Source of the DNA: an uncultured Chloroflexia bacterium
GTDB taxonomy: Bacteria; Chloroflexota; Limnocylindria; Limnocylindrales; CSP1-4
Length of the DNA: 64,000 bases
Assembly: GCA_963766655.1 (NCBI GenBank)
Contig: CAVYBB010000002.1
Span: forward strand, 755,329-819,328
Direction: 5' to 3'
Below, piece by piece: positions 48,511 to 57,533 of this stretch. The translations under genes were made by a program, and so were the position numbers. Within the stretch, counting starts at the first letter, position 1. Each line of letters opens with the position of its first letter. The notes below the pieces were generated by a model, which was given only the letters and a program-made list of their open reading frames with translations, was not told the DNA's origin and did not search any database.

Positions 48511-50006
48511 TCAGTACAACCGCGGAAAGCGCGGCCTGAAATCGCGGCACGAGGTTGAGCGATGTATGTGCGTCGAGCGTGTCGAGCAGGGTCTTCGTCG
48601 GCGTCAGCTTGAATCGGTTGGCCGTGACGTAGTCGCGCATCGCGGCCCAGAACGCGGTGTTCCCCATCGACTTGCGGAGGTCGTCGATGAAGTTGCCGCC
48701 CTGGATGTAGATGATCTCGTAGTAGCACGCTGTCGAGTACTTGTAGATCGAGAGGTCGAGCCGGGCGGTCGAGCAGCCGCGACGCGCGGCGCTGGCCCAG
48801 GACGTTCCGGGCCAGGAAGTCGGCGGCGGCCTCGTCGGTGAACGGCTCGGCGGACTGGTCGTTGCCGACGATCCCGTAGAACCACTGGTGGCCGGTCTCG
48901 TGATGGACGAGGTACGACAGGTTGGCGCTGCCGACGCCGGTCGGGATCCAGGTGAGGCCCGGCGACTCCATCCCGTAGCCCCCGGCGGTCTGGGCGAGGT
49001 CGTACGTCCGGTACGGATACGGCCCGACGAGCGGCTCGAACTTCGTGATCGCGTGCTTCGCGGCCGCCAGGATCGCCGACGCCGGCCCGCCCGGCCGGTA
49101 GATAGACGCGGATCGCGTTGTCGCCGACGGTCGTCGAGATCGACTTGTAGTCCGGCGCCGCGGTCAGGACGAAGTCCCGCACGTTGACGGCCTCGAACGT
49201 CTGGCGGAGGCCGCTGACCGCGACCGCGTTCGCCGGTCGTGGCGATGACGAGCGTCCGATCGGTCTTGATCGAGACCCGCACGTGCGGGCTCGACGGGTG
49301 TCACGAATGGGTCGCCGTGGTTCGGCCGGTCGAAGGCGACGCGGCGGCTCACCCACGGGATCCAGCGGTAGGCGTCGATGATGCCGTTCGCGCGCGTGAA
49401 CAGCCAGTTTGAGCCGGTGATCGAGCTGCGCAGCGTCGCGGTGTAGGCGAACCCGGACGTCGACTGACTGGCCGGCCCCGAGGATCCCGCCGAGCGGCAC
49501 GATGATCGTCTGGTCGCTGACGCGTCGCCTTCGCCGCCTTGCCCGCGACCGTCACCGCGCCGAGCTTCATCGCCCCCAGCCGGGCGGCGATCGTGTTGAG
49601 CTCGAGCCGATCGATGGCGCCGCCCGAGTCGTTCCGGACGGTCATCGTCGAATCGACGTTGAATGCCCGGCTGCCGAAGTTGAGCGACAGCGAGACGTCG
49701 TACGTGGCGGTCAGGGCGAGGCTCGTCCGATCGACCGAGCCCGGGACGATGCGGGAGATGCCGCTGGACGATCGGCTCGCGGTCCGGCGCGGCCGTCGCG
49801 GCCCGGATCCAGTGTCGGAGCGGGGGTCGGCACGGGGGTCGAGCTCGCCGGCGTCGAGCTGCGCCGGAGTCGTAGTCGCCGCAGCGAGCGCATCGGACCG
49901 AACGGGCACGCCGGCCGCCGGCGCCGCGCCGCCGAGCACCGACGACGACCGCCAGGACGCTCAGCGCCGCGGCGCTGACGATGGCGAGGCGGCGCAGCCG
50001 GAGCAT
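48511..50006 (-). pseudogene. Secreted M1-like gluzincin metallopeptidase, multiple frame changes
   Basis: The pieces are spread over three minus-strand frames. These are a signal peptide (MLRLRRLAIVSAAALSVLAVVVGA), LALTATYDVSLSLNFGSRAFNVDSTMTVRNDSGGAIDRLELN, GFAYTATLRSSITGSNWLFTRANGIIDAYRWIPW, ESPGLTWIPTGVGSANLSYLVHHETGHQWFYGIVGNDQSAEPFTDEAAADF (HExxH plus E) and YYEIIYIQGGNFIDDLRKSMGNTAFWAAMRDYV. Confidence 0.65.
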
Positions 50007-50101
50007 CGGTCGATCCTACGGCGGTAGCGGCGAGCCGTCGACCGCCCGATCGTCGCCGTGCAGGAGGGACGAAGCGCGAGGCCGATGCATACACTGTCGC
50101 A

Positions 50102-51525
50102 ATGACCGCTCCGTCGCTCGGGCCGGCGACGTCAGAGGCGGTTCGCGGCAGGTTCCTCGACGCGATCCGCGCGGCCCTGCCGGACGATGCGCCTGCTCGA
50201 GGATGCAGTCGGATCGCGAGGGCTACCGGCAACGACGAGACGGCGTACCTCAAGGCCGGACTGCCGCTGGCGCGGTGGCGCTCCCGACCTCGACCGCCGA
50301 GGTCGCGACGCTCGTCCGGCTCGGCCGCGGAGCACCGGATCCCGATCGTCCCGCGCGGCGCCGGGACGCGGCCTGTCCGGCGGCGCCGCGGGGATCGAGG
50401 GCGGCCTGACGATCGCGATGACGAGGATGGACAGGATCCTCGAGATCGACCGCGAGAACCTGGTCGTCGTCACCCAGCCCGGGATCCTCAATGCCGACCT
50501 CAAGGAGGCGCGTCGCCGCGGAGGGCCTGTTCTACGCCCCGGATCCCGCGAGCTACGAGATCTGCTCGATCGGCGGGAACCTCGGCACGAACGCGGGCGG
50601 GCTGTGCTGCGTGAAGTACGGCCAGACGCGTGACTCGGTGCTCGGCCTGGAGGTCGTCCTCGCCGACGGGCGGTGATCCGGACCGGCGGCAAGTACATCA
50701 AGAACATCGCCGGCTACGCGCTGACCCACCTGTTCGTCGGGTCGCAGGGGACGCTCGGGATCATCACCGAGGCGACGCTGCGGCTGCGGGTCGCGCCGCC
50801 GCCGCGGACGACGATGCTCGCGTTCTTCCCGACGCTCGACGGCGCCGGCGATGCGGTCGCCGGATCGACGCGGCCGGGCTCGATCCGGTGACGCTGGAGC
50901 TGCTCGACAAGCCGTCGATCGCTCGCCGTCGACGACGCGTTCAACCTCGGGCTGGATCGCGACGCGGAGGCGATGCTCCTCGTCGAGTCCGACCGCCCGG
51001 AGCCGGCGGCCGCTCGCGGAGCTCGACGCCGCCGATGGCCGCCTGCGAGGCGGCCGGCTCGACGACGACGATGCGGGCGGCCGATGCGACCGAGGCCGAC
51101 TGGCTCCGCCAGGCGCGCCGCCTGGCGCTCCGCGCGCTCGAGCAGCAGGGGATCGTCCGGATGGAGGACGTCGGCGTCCCGCGCAGTCGCAGTCCCGGAC
51201 CTGCTTCGGGCGATCGAGCGCGATCGGCAAGAAGCACGGGGTCAAGGTCGCGACGTTCGGCCACGCCGGCGACGGCAACCTCCACCCGAACTTCATCTTC
51301 GACCACGGCGACCCCGCGGCAGAGGAGCTGACGGACCTCGCCCGAGCCGATCTCTACCGCGCGGCGATCGCCCTCGGCGGGACGGTGACCGCGGAGCACG
51401 GGATCGGGCTGGCCCGGCGGGAGGTGCTGGTCGAGCAGGTCGGCCAGGACGTCATCGACGTCATGCGCTCGATCAAGGCCGCCCTCGACCCGCTCGGCAT
51501 CCTGAACCCAGGCCGCATGATCTAG
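50102..51525 (+). pseudogene. FAD-linked oxidase (GlcD / D-lactate dehydrogenase family), about a dozen frame changes
   Basis: Conserved blocks alternate between all three plus frames: VALPTSTAEVATLVRL / AAEHRIPIVPRGAGT / [47 protein letters not shown] / [54 protein letters not shown] / [38 protein letters not shown] / ... / GVKVATFGHAGDGNLHPNFIF...TVTAEHGIGLARRE...LDPLGILNPGRMI. Confidence 0.75.
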
Positions 51526-51542
51526 TCGCGCCCATCCGGTTC

Positions 51543-51616
51543 GTGCCAAACGCCCGCCCCATGAGCGTTCGGCACGGAAGTCGTGCCGAACGATCGCCTG
51601 ATGAGCGTTTGGCAAC
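51543..51616. repeat. 74-nt nested imperfect palindrome just 3' of the glcD-like gene
   Basis: The outer stem pairs GCCAAACG (51545-51552) with CGTTTGGC (51606-51613). The inner stem pairs CGTTCGGCAC (51566-51575) with GTGCCGAACG (51583-51592), a perfect 10 bp with loop GGAAGTC. The symmetric 13-nt internal loops are CCCGCCCCATGAG and ATCGCCTGATGAG. Confidence 0.75.
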
Positions 51617-51757
51617 AATAGGCGAGCCAATCGTGGTGACGTGAGCGTGATGCGCCGGGGTGGAGGAGCGGTGGTGTGACGAGTGCTCACTGGGCGTGCA
51701 TTTGACAAGAATTGCCCCTGACTGATCCACCCGCGCGCCCGAATCGAACCAACCGGC

Positions 51758-53104
51758 GTGAACCGATCATGGGGCGCGATCGGCGCCGTGCTTCTCTGCG
51801 GGCTCCTCCTCGCCGCGTGCGGCGGGGCGGGTGCGCCGCCGACACCCCTGCCGTCGCCGAGATCCGCCGCACCGCCCGCTGCAACGACGACTCCCTCGCC
51901 GCCCCCGAAGCCGAGCGCCGCGGCGACCAGCAGAACCCTCGCCGACATCGCCGCATTGCGCGACGGCCTGGCAAAGACCCCGGACGATCCCGACACCCTC
52001 CGCGCGCTCGGTCTCGCACTGCTCCAGCGGGTCCGCGAGACGGCCGACGCATCGCTTTACGCCCAGGCCGAGGAGGCGCTTGACCAGGCGCGGAAGATCG
52101 CGCCTGACGACCCGCTCATCCTCGTTGGGATCGGCGGACTGCAGCTCGGGAAGCACCGGTTCGCCGCGGCGCTCGACACCGCTCGCAAAGCTCTTGACCT
52201 CGCACCCACCAACGAACCGGCCAAGGCGGTCGAGGTCGACGCGCTCGTCGAGCTTGGGCACTACGACGAGGCCGTCGCGGCGACCCAGGAGCTGCTCGAG
52301 TTGCGTGTCGACATCACGTCGCTCGCCCGCGTCTCGTACCTGCGGGAGGTCCACGGCAACCTCGACGGCGCGATCGCCGCGATGCGCCAGGCCAGTGAAT
52401 CGCCTGCGCTCGCCCCGGAGAACACCGCCTACGTGACGACCCTCCTCGGCAACCTGCTCGTCTACGCCGGCAAGCCCGATGAGGCGACCGCGGCCTACGA
52501 ATCGGTCCTCAATGTCGTGCCGGACCATGCCGCGGCGATCGCGGCCCTGGGGCGCCTCGCGGTCAGGCGAGGCGACCTGGTCGAGGCCGCCCGCCGCTTC
52601 GAGAAGGCGTCGGCGATCCTGCCGCTGCCCGAGTACGTCATCGCTCTCGGCGAGACCCGAGAGGTGGCCGGCGACCTGAAGGCGGCCGGAGAGAGCTACG
52701 ACCTCGCCCGGGCCGAGACCGGGCTGTTCCAGGCCGCCGGAGTCGATGTCGATCTCGAGCTGGCCTTGTTCGAGGCGGATCACGGCGACGCGACGACGGC
52801 GCTCAAGCTAGCCGAGGAGTCATACGCCACCCGCCGGACCGTCCGGACGTCCGACGCCCTGGCCTGGGCCAACCACCGGGCCGGAAACGATGGCAACGCC
52901 GCGCGGCTCTCGAAAGAGGCGCTCCGGCTGGGGAGCCGCGACCCGCTGCTCCTCTACCACGCCGGGATGATCGCCCTGGCGAGTGGCGACGAGGCTGCCG
53001 CGCGGCAACACCTGAGCGACGCGTTGGCGATCGACCCGGGCTTCTCGCCGACGAGCGCGGCCGCCGCCCGGGCGACGCTCACAGCTCTCGGCCCAGCAGA
53101 CTAG
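51758..53104 (+). CDS. TPR-repeat lipoprotein
   Basis: Signal plus lipobox is GAIGAVLLCGLLLAAC|GG, followed by a Pro/Ala/Ser linker and then many TPR-like units (e.g. ALGLALLQRVRETADASLYAQAEEALDQARKIAPDDP). Confidence 0.7.
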   Translation: MNRSWGAIGAVLLCGLLLAACGGAGAPPTPLPSPRSAAPPAATTTPSPPPKPSAAATSRTLADIAALRDGLAKTPDDPDTLRALGLALLQRVRETADASLYAQAEEALDQARKIAPDDPLILVGIGGLQLGKHRFAAALDTARKALDLAPTNEPAKAVEVDALVELGHYDEAVAATQELLELRVDITSLARVSYLREVHGNLDGAIAAMRQASESPALAPENTAYVTTLLGNLLVYAGKPDEATAAYESVLNVVPDHAAAIAALGRLAVRRGDLVEAARRFEKASAILPLPEYVIALGETREVAGDLKAAGESYDLARAETGLFQAAGVDVDLELALFEADHGDATTALKLAEESYATRRTVRTSDALAWANHRAGNDGNAARLSKEALRLGSRDPLLLYHAGMIALASGDEAAARQHLSDALAIDPGFSPTSAAAARATLTALGPAD

Positions 53105-53271
53105 GACTGGCCGGCGCCGCGCCCGGGAGGGACCCATCCGGTCGGGCCCGCCTCGGACTGCAACCGCCACAGCTATGCCCTCAACGGCCCCTACCGCGAC
53201 GGCGACCCGTCGGGCCGCTTCGTCAGCGCGATCTCTGCCCACCGCCAGCTCATCCTGAGCGGAATGATCGC

Positions 53272-54483
53272 CTAGAAGGCGCTCGCAACGAGGTGCTCGA
53301 AGTGGCGTTCCACGAGGCTGCGCAGCTCCGGCGACAGCGACGGATACCGCGCATCGGCGTCCGACATCCCTGATCGGAGTTGGTCCAGTGTTCGCGAGAT
53401 CGCATCGCGAGCCACACGCTCCGGGATCCCCCAGGATCGGGCCTCCGCCAGGAGGTGCCCACGGGTCACCTCGTCGATCCGCCACTTGCCCCCGATCGGG
53501 AGCGGCACTCGACGTTGTGCGGGCACGAAGAACTGTGTCGTGGCGACGTCATAGAGCGGACTGAGCGAGACCGTCCGATGACCGGTGTGGACGACCGCGA
53601 TGTTCTTCGCATGAGCGTCGGCATTCCCGAGCGCAATGTTCACCACGGTTTGTTCGAGCAAACGGACGAGCTCCGCCGGCGCATCGGCGGCGCGTGCGAC
53701 GAGGACGCCCGCGATCCGCGCAAGGGAGGGCTGTCGGGGTCCCGTGTCGCGCGCGTACTTGTCCGCCGGGGGCAAGCCCAGCACCTGACTTCCATCCTCC
53801 TGGTGAATACGCACGATCCGGTCCGATCGAACGTCGCGGTCATAGCGCTCGACCACGAGGGTCGGGCGGTGGCCCACGGGAGCATCAAGGCGGGCGACGG
53901 CCGTCCTCGTTGCGGCCGATGCCACAGCGAGTGCCCAAGCCTCAGCGACCGCCAGGCCTGGGTACCGCTCGGGCTCGGGCTTGAGGATGTGAGTGCTGAC
54001 GGCACCCTCCAGTGGGAGATTCCAACGCCCGTCGCGGTACGTCAGAAGCAGCTTCTCCTGGGCGCCACCAAGGGACAAGCGCACGTCGTGGTCGATCGGC
54101 GCGACGGACCGGGGAAGCGAGTCGAGGCGGTCCCACACCTCGTCGTCGGTCAGGGGTTGGTATGAGCCGGTGGCCGGCCGGCGGCCGGCGGGCAGGACAG
54201 ACACGGCGCCGGCGCACTCCCAGCCGATGGCGGCGAGCAGGCCGAACGTGTCGCCGGGCTCCACGCCGTGCTCGCGCTCAGCCGCGCTTCGACGTGCCTC
54301 TTCGGGAAGGAGTCCGTCGAACCATGCCCGCGCGAAGCCTGGTGCCCAGACGTCCTCGTCGCCGTCGGGAGAAATGGTCAACGGTTCGGAACCGGGCGTA
54401 CGCTCGAAGCGGAACCGACGCCCCGTCGGGATGAGTTCACCTGCGCGCTCATCACCAAGCCAGACGAAGAGCGGGTCCGTCAC
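53272..54483 (-). CDS. hipA: HipA-family serine/threonine kinase toxin
   Basis: The N-terminal coupling domain has GDERAGEL and LLPE. Contains LSLGGAQEKLLL, the catalytic loop GNADAHAKNIAV, and LSPLYDV. Confidence 0.9.
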   Translation of the reverse strand: MTDPLFVWLGDERAGELIPTGRRFRFERTPGSEPLTISPDGDEDVWAPGFARAWFDGLLPEEARRSAAEREHGVEPGDTFGLLAAIGWECAGAVSVLPAGRRPATGSYQPLTDDEVWDRLDSLPRSVAPIDHDVRLSLGGAQEKLLLTYRDGRWNLPLEGAVSTHILKPEPERYPGLAVAEAWALAVASAATRTAVARLDAPVGHRPTLVVERYDRDVRSDRIVRIHQEDGSQVLGLPPADKYARDTGPRQPSLARIAGVLVARAADAPAELVRLLEQTVVNIALGNADAHAKNIAVVHTGHRTVSLSPLYDVATTQFFVPAQRRVPLPIGGKWRIDEVTRGHLLAEARSWGIPERVARDAISRTLDQLRSGMSDADARYPSLSPELRSLVERHFEHLVASAF

Positions 54484-54722
54484 CGGCGCGCGTTCTCGAC
54501 GATGCTCGCGTCCTTGGATGCCACGACGATCTTGCCGCCAAGGAGCGCAATTGCTCTCATCGCCACCACGAGGCTGACAGGTCCGCCCCGCTCAAGTCCG
54601 ATGACCGTTGCTCGGCTGACGCCGACCCACTGTGCGAGCGTCTCCTGGGTCCAGCCTCGCTCGTTTCGAAGCGCACGAATGGCGCGACCGAGACCGATCG
54701 GGTCATAGGCCACACGGATCAT
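54480..54722 (-). CDS. hipB: HipB-like XRE-family HTH antitoxin
   Basis: 80 aa. The HTH is LRNERGWTQETLAQWVGVSRATVIGLERG. The stop overlaps the hipA start (ATGA). An AAGGAG RBS is present. Confidence 0.85.
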   Translation of the reverse strand: MIRVAYDPIGLGRAIRALRNERGWTQETLAQWVGVSRATVIGLERGGPVSLVVAMRAIALLGGKIVVASKDASIVENARR

Positions 54723-54735
54723 TCGTCTCCTTAGG

Positions 54736-54816
54736 TGTCAATCGTAGCTGACATCGGTCTCGGAATCCGGAATGTCGCCTGTGGTTGACATTACCGCCAC
54801 GGATCTCAAATGTCAA
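54736..54816 (-). promoter_or_regulatory. hipBA promoter with overlapping palindromic operators
   Basis: On the minus strand, TTGACA (54816-54811), a 17-nt spacer, then TAATGT (54793-54788). The inverted repeat TTGACAT-N18-ATGTCAA (54785-54816) spans both hexamers. A second palindrome TGTCA-N8-TGACA (54736-54753) lies between the promoter and the RBS. Confidence 0.55.
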
Positions 54817-54980
54817 CCCTAGGTTACATCCGACGGGCGAGCACCCGATGGCCTTGTCTCCGTTGATCCATCCGGACCGGTCCCGCGAACCATCGGTCAG
54901 CAACCGGGCGTTGGTCGCGACACGCCGGATGCGCCGTCAGAGCAGGCGCCCAGAGCCTGCACCCAACAACCACCGGGAGA

Positions 54981-56493
54981 GTGATTGTGTCAACCTGTTC
55001 ACGGGCCACCGCGCTCACCGGCGCGCTGCTCATCGCAGCGACGTCGGTCAGCGGTGTTCTCGCATCCAGCCACCGGGAGGCGCCGCTCATCGCGGGCGAT
55101 CCCGCCGCGGACAACACGGACCTCTACGCGTTCGTGAGTCCCGACAAACCCAACACACTGACGATCATCGCCAACTACGTGCCGCTCGAGGAGCCGGCCG
55201 GCGGCCCGAACTTCTTTCCGTTCGACCCGGCCGTCCGATACGAGATCTACATCGACAACAACGGCGATGGCGTGGCCAACACCAGCTACACGTTCAAGTT
55301 CAAGTCCAACCCGAAGTCGAGGAACTTCGCCGGTATCCAGACGTTCCTCTTCAACGACGGACCGATCACGAGCCTGACCGACGAGAACCTGCTCGCGCCG
55401 CAGACCTACAACGTTCAGCGGAACGGCGTGACGATCGCGTCCGGTGTCAGCACGGCGCCGCCCAACATCGGCCCGCGCTCCACGCCGAATTCCAAGGGGC
55501 TCGCCGCCATGGCGGTCAAGACGCTCGGCGACGGGACGAAGCTCTTCGCCGGCCAGCGCGACGACCCGTTCTTCGTCGACCTTGGCTCGATCTTCGACCT
55601 GGCCGGACTCCGGCCGCTCAATGGGCTCCACGCGATCCCGCTGGGCGCCACTGCCGGCGTCGACGGCGTCGGTGGGTTCAGCACGAACGCCATCGCGATC
55701 CAGGTCCCGATCCAGAGCCTGACCAAGGATCACGCCCTGCCGACCGGCCCCAACGACCCCGACGCCGTCCTCGGCGTCTGGGCCGCGGCCAGCCGCCAGA
55801 AGACCCGAACGCTCAATGCCGACGGCACGATGAGCTGGAGCGGCCCGTGTCGTCCAGGTCTCGCGGCTGGGCAATCCGCTCATCAACGAGGTGATCATCC
55901 CGCGCGTCAAGAAGGACTACTGGAACAGCCAGAAGCCCGCTGCTGACCACCAGTTCGTTTCGTACTACCGCAATCCCGAGATCACGGCCGTCGCCAACGC
56001 GCTGTACGCCGCGCTCGACGACCCGGCGACCTCCGGCCGCACGGACATCGAGGCCATCCTCCTGAACGGCATCAACATCCCGAAGTCGGCCACGGTGCCC
56101 GGCGGGCTCCAGTTCACCAGGACGGGCGCAACCGATGCCGACATGCTCCGCGTCAACACCGGCATCAAGCCGAATGCCATGGGCGCCTGCGTCTTCGGCG
56201 CCCCGTCAGCCGGCCCCGACCGCCTCGGCGCCATCGCCGGCGACCTGTGCGGCTTCCCGAACGGGCGCCGCCTCCTCGACGACGTCGTGGACATCGAGCT
56301 CCGGGCCCTCGTCGAGGGCTATGGGCCGACGCTCAACGCGGTGCTCGGCGTTCCCAACCGCACGCCGAACAACGTGCTCGGCGACGGCGTCGACCAGAAC
56401 GACACATCGTTCCTCAGCTCGTTCCCGTACGTCGGGACGGCGAAGAGCGGCTACAGCCACACCCACCATCGGCCAGGGCCCGCGCCCAGCTGA
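54981..56493 (+). pseudogene. DUF4331-family secreted protein, one frame change
   Basis: Signal is ALTGALLIAATSVSGVLA. This is followed by SSHREAPLIAGDPAADNTDLYAFVSP...RDDPFFVDLGSIFDL, the characteristic DUF4331 N-terminus. After ...MSWSGP a shift near 55850 leads to VQVSRLGNPLINEVIIPRVKKDYWN...FPNGRRLLDDVVDIELR...FPYVG. Confidence 0.75.
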
Positions 56494-56588
56494 TACTCCA
56501 GTCGCGGGGGACGAACGGCCCGGGCAACGCCCGGGCCGTTCTGATTCGCGCGGTTGCGCCCACTCCGACACATCTGTATCGTGCAAAA

Positions 56589-57533
56589 GTGCCACACGGC
56601 GGAGACATCAACCAGCTCATTGAGGCGAGCCGGCTCTACTACGAGCTGGGTGAGACGCAGTCGCGCGTCGCGGAGCTCCTCGGGGTCACGCGGCCACAGG
56701 TCTCGCGGATCCTCAAGCGGGCCCGCGCCGAGGGGATCGTGGAGATCCGGATCGTCGACGGCACGACCGAGTCGACACCGGCCGCCGAAGAGCTGCGCGG
56801 CCGGTTCGGCATCCAGTCCGTCCATCTCGCGCCGAGCCTGCGCGGCCCGGAGGACGTCGGGCGGCGGATGATCGGCCGGCTCGGCGCCGAGGTGCTCAGA
56901 GGGGCGATCCGCGAGGGTGCGGTCGTCGGGATAGGCGACGGATCGTCGATCTCAGCCCTTGCAGATGCCCTCGACGAGCCGCTCGTCGAGACGGGCGCCA
57001 CGGTTGTTCCGCTGTGCGGCGGGTACTGGTTCACGGGTCCGGCGCGCGAGCCGTTCCGGCGCGTCGCCGACGGCATCGGCGGGACAGCCCAGGGCCTCCT
57101 CGCCCCGGGGCTCGTCGACGACCCGGCCACGAAGGTGTCTCTCTACGCCCACGCCGGCGTCCGCCGGATCCTCGAGTACTGGGAACGACTGGATGTCGCC
57201 GCCTTCGGCATCGGTGGACCGGCCTGGGGCGAGGCGGCGTTCGGCAAGGTCGCGTGCCGGCAGCTCGAGGATGCGCAGGCCGTCGGCGAGATGCTCATCG
57301 CCCCGTTCGACATCGACGGCCGGTTCGTGAGCAGCAACCTGCGCAAGCGGACGATCGCGTTCGACGCCCGCCGGCTCGATCGGCTGCCGGTCCGGATCGG
57401 GGTCGCCGGCGGCCCGGCAAAGATCCGGCCGATCCTCGGAGCGCTCCGTTCCGGTTCGCTCACGGTCCTCGTGTCGGACGTCCAGACGGCGGAGGCCGTC
57501 CTCGCCCTCGACTCGGCCGGGACGGCCGCGTGA
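56589..57533 (+). CDS. SorC-family (LsrR/DeoR-like) sugar-phosphate-binding transcriptional regulator
   Basis: GTG start. The HTH is ASRLYYELGETQSRVAELLGVTRPQVSRILKRARAEGIVEIRI. Then follows a sugar-binding domain (GIGDGSSI, VVPLCGG, AAFGIGG, IGVAGGP.K). Confidence 0.8.
   Translation: MPHGGDINQLIEASRLYYELGETQSRVAELLGVTRPQVSRILKRARAEGIVEIRIVDGTTESTPAAEELRGRFGIQSVHLAPSLRGPEDVGRRMIGRLGAEVLRGAIREGAVVGIGDGSSISALADALDEPLVETGATVVPLCGGYWFTGPAREPFRRVADGIGGTAQGLLAPGLVDDPATKVSLYAHAGVRRILEYWERLDVAAFGIGGPAWGEAAFGKVACRQLEDAQAVGEMLIAPFDIDGRFVSSNLRKRTIAFDARRLDRLPVRIGVAGGPAKIRPILGALRSGSLTVLVSDVQTAEAVLALDSAGTAA

Noticed and set aside
51583-51616. Hammerhead ribozyme, because of the CTGATGAG box
   Set aside because: No GAAA box, no cleavage-site helix III and no three-way junction can be drawn. 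The box is simply the end of one of two symmetric internal loops (the other reads CCATGAG).
51758-56493. Prophage or defence island around hipBA
   Set aside because: There are no integrase, phage structural, restriction or nuclease/helicase genes nearby. The only support is the toxin-antitoxin pair itself, so it is reported as a TA module only.
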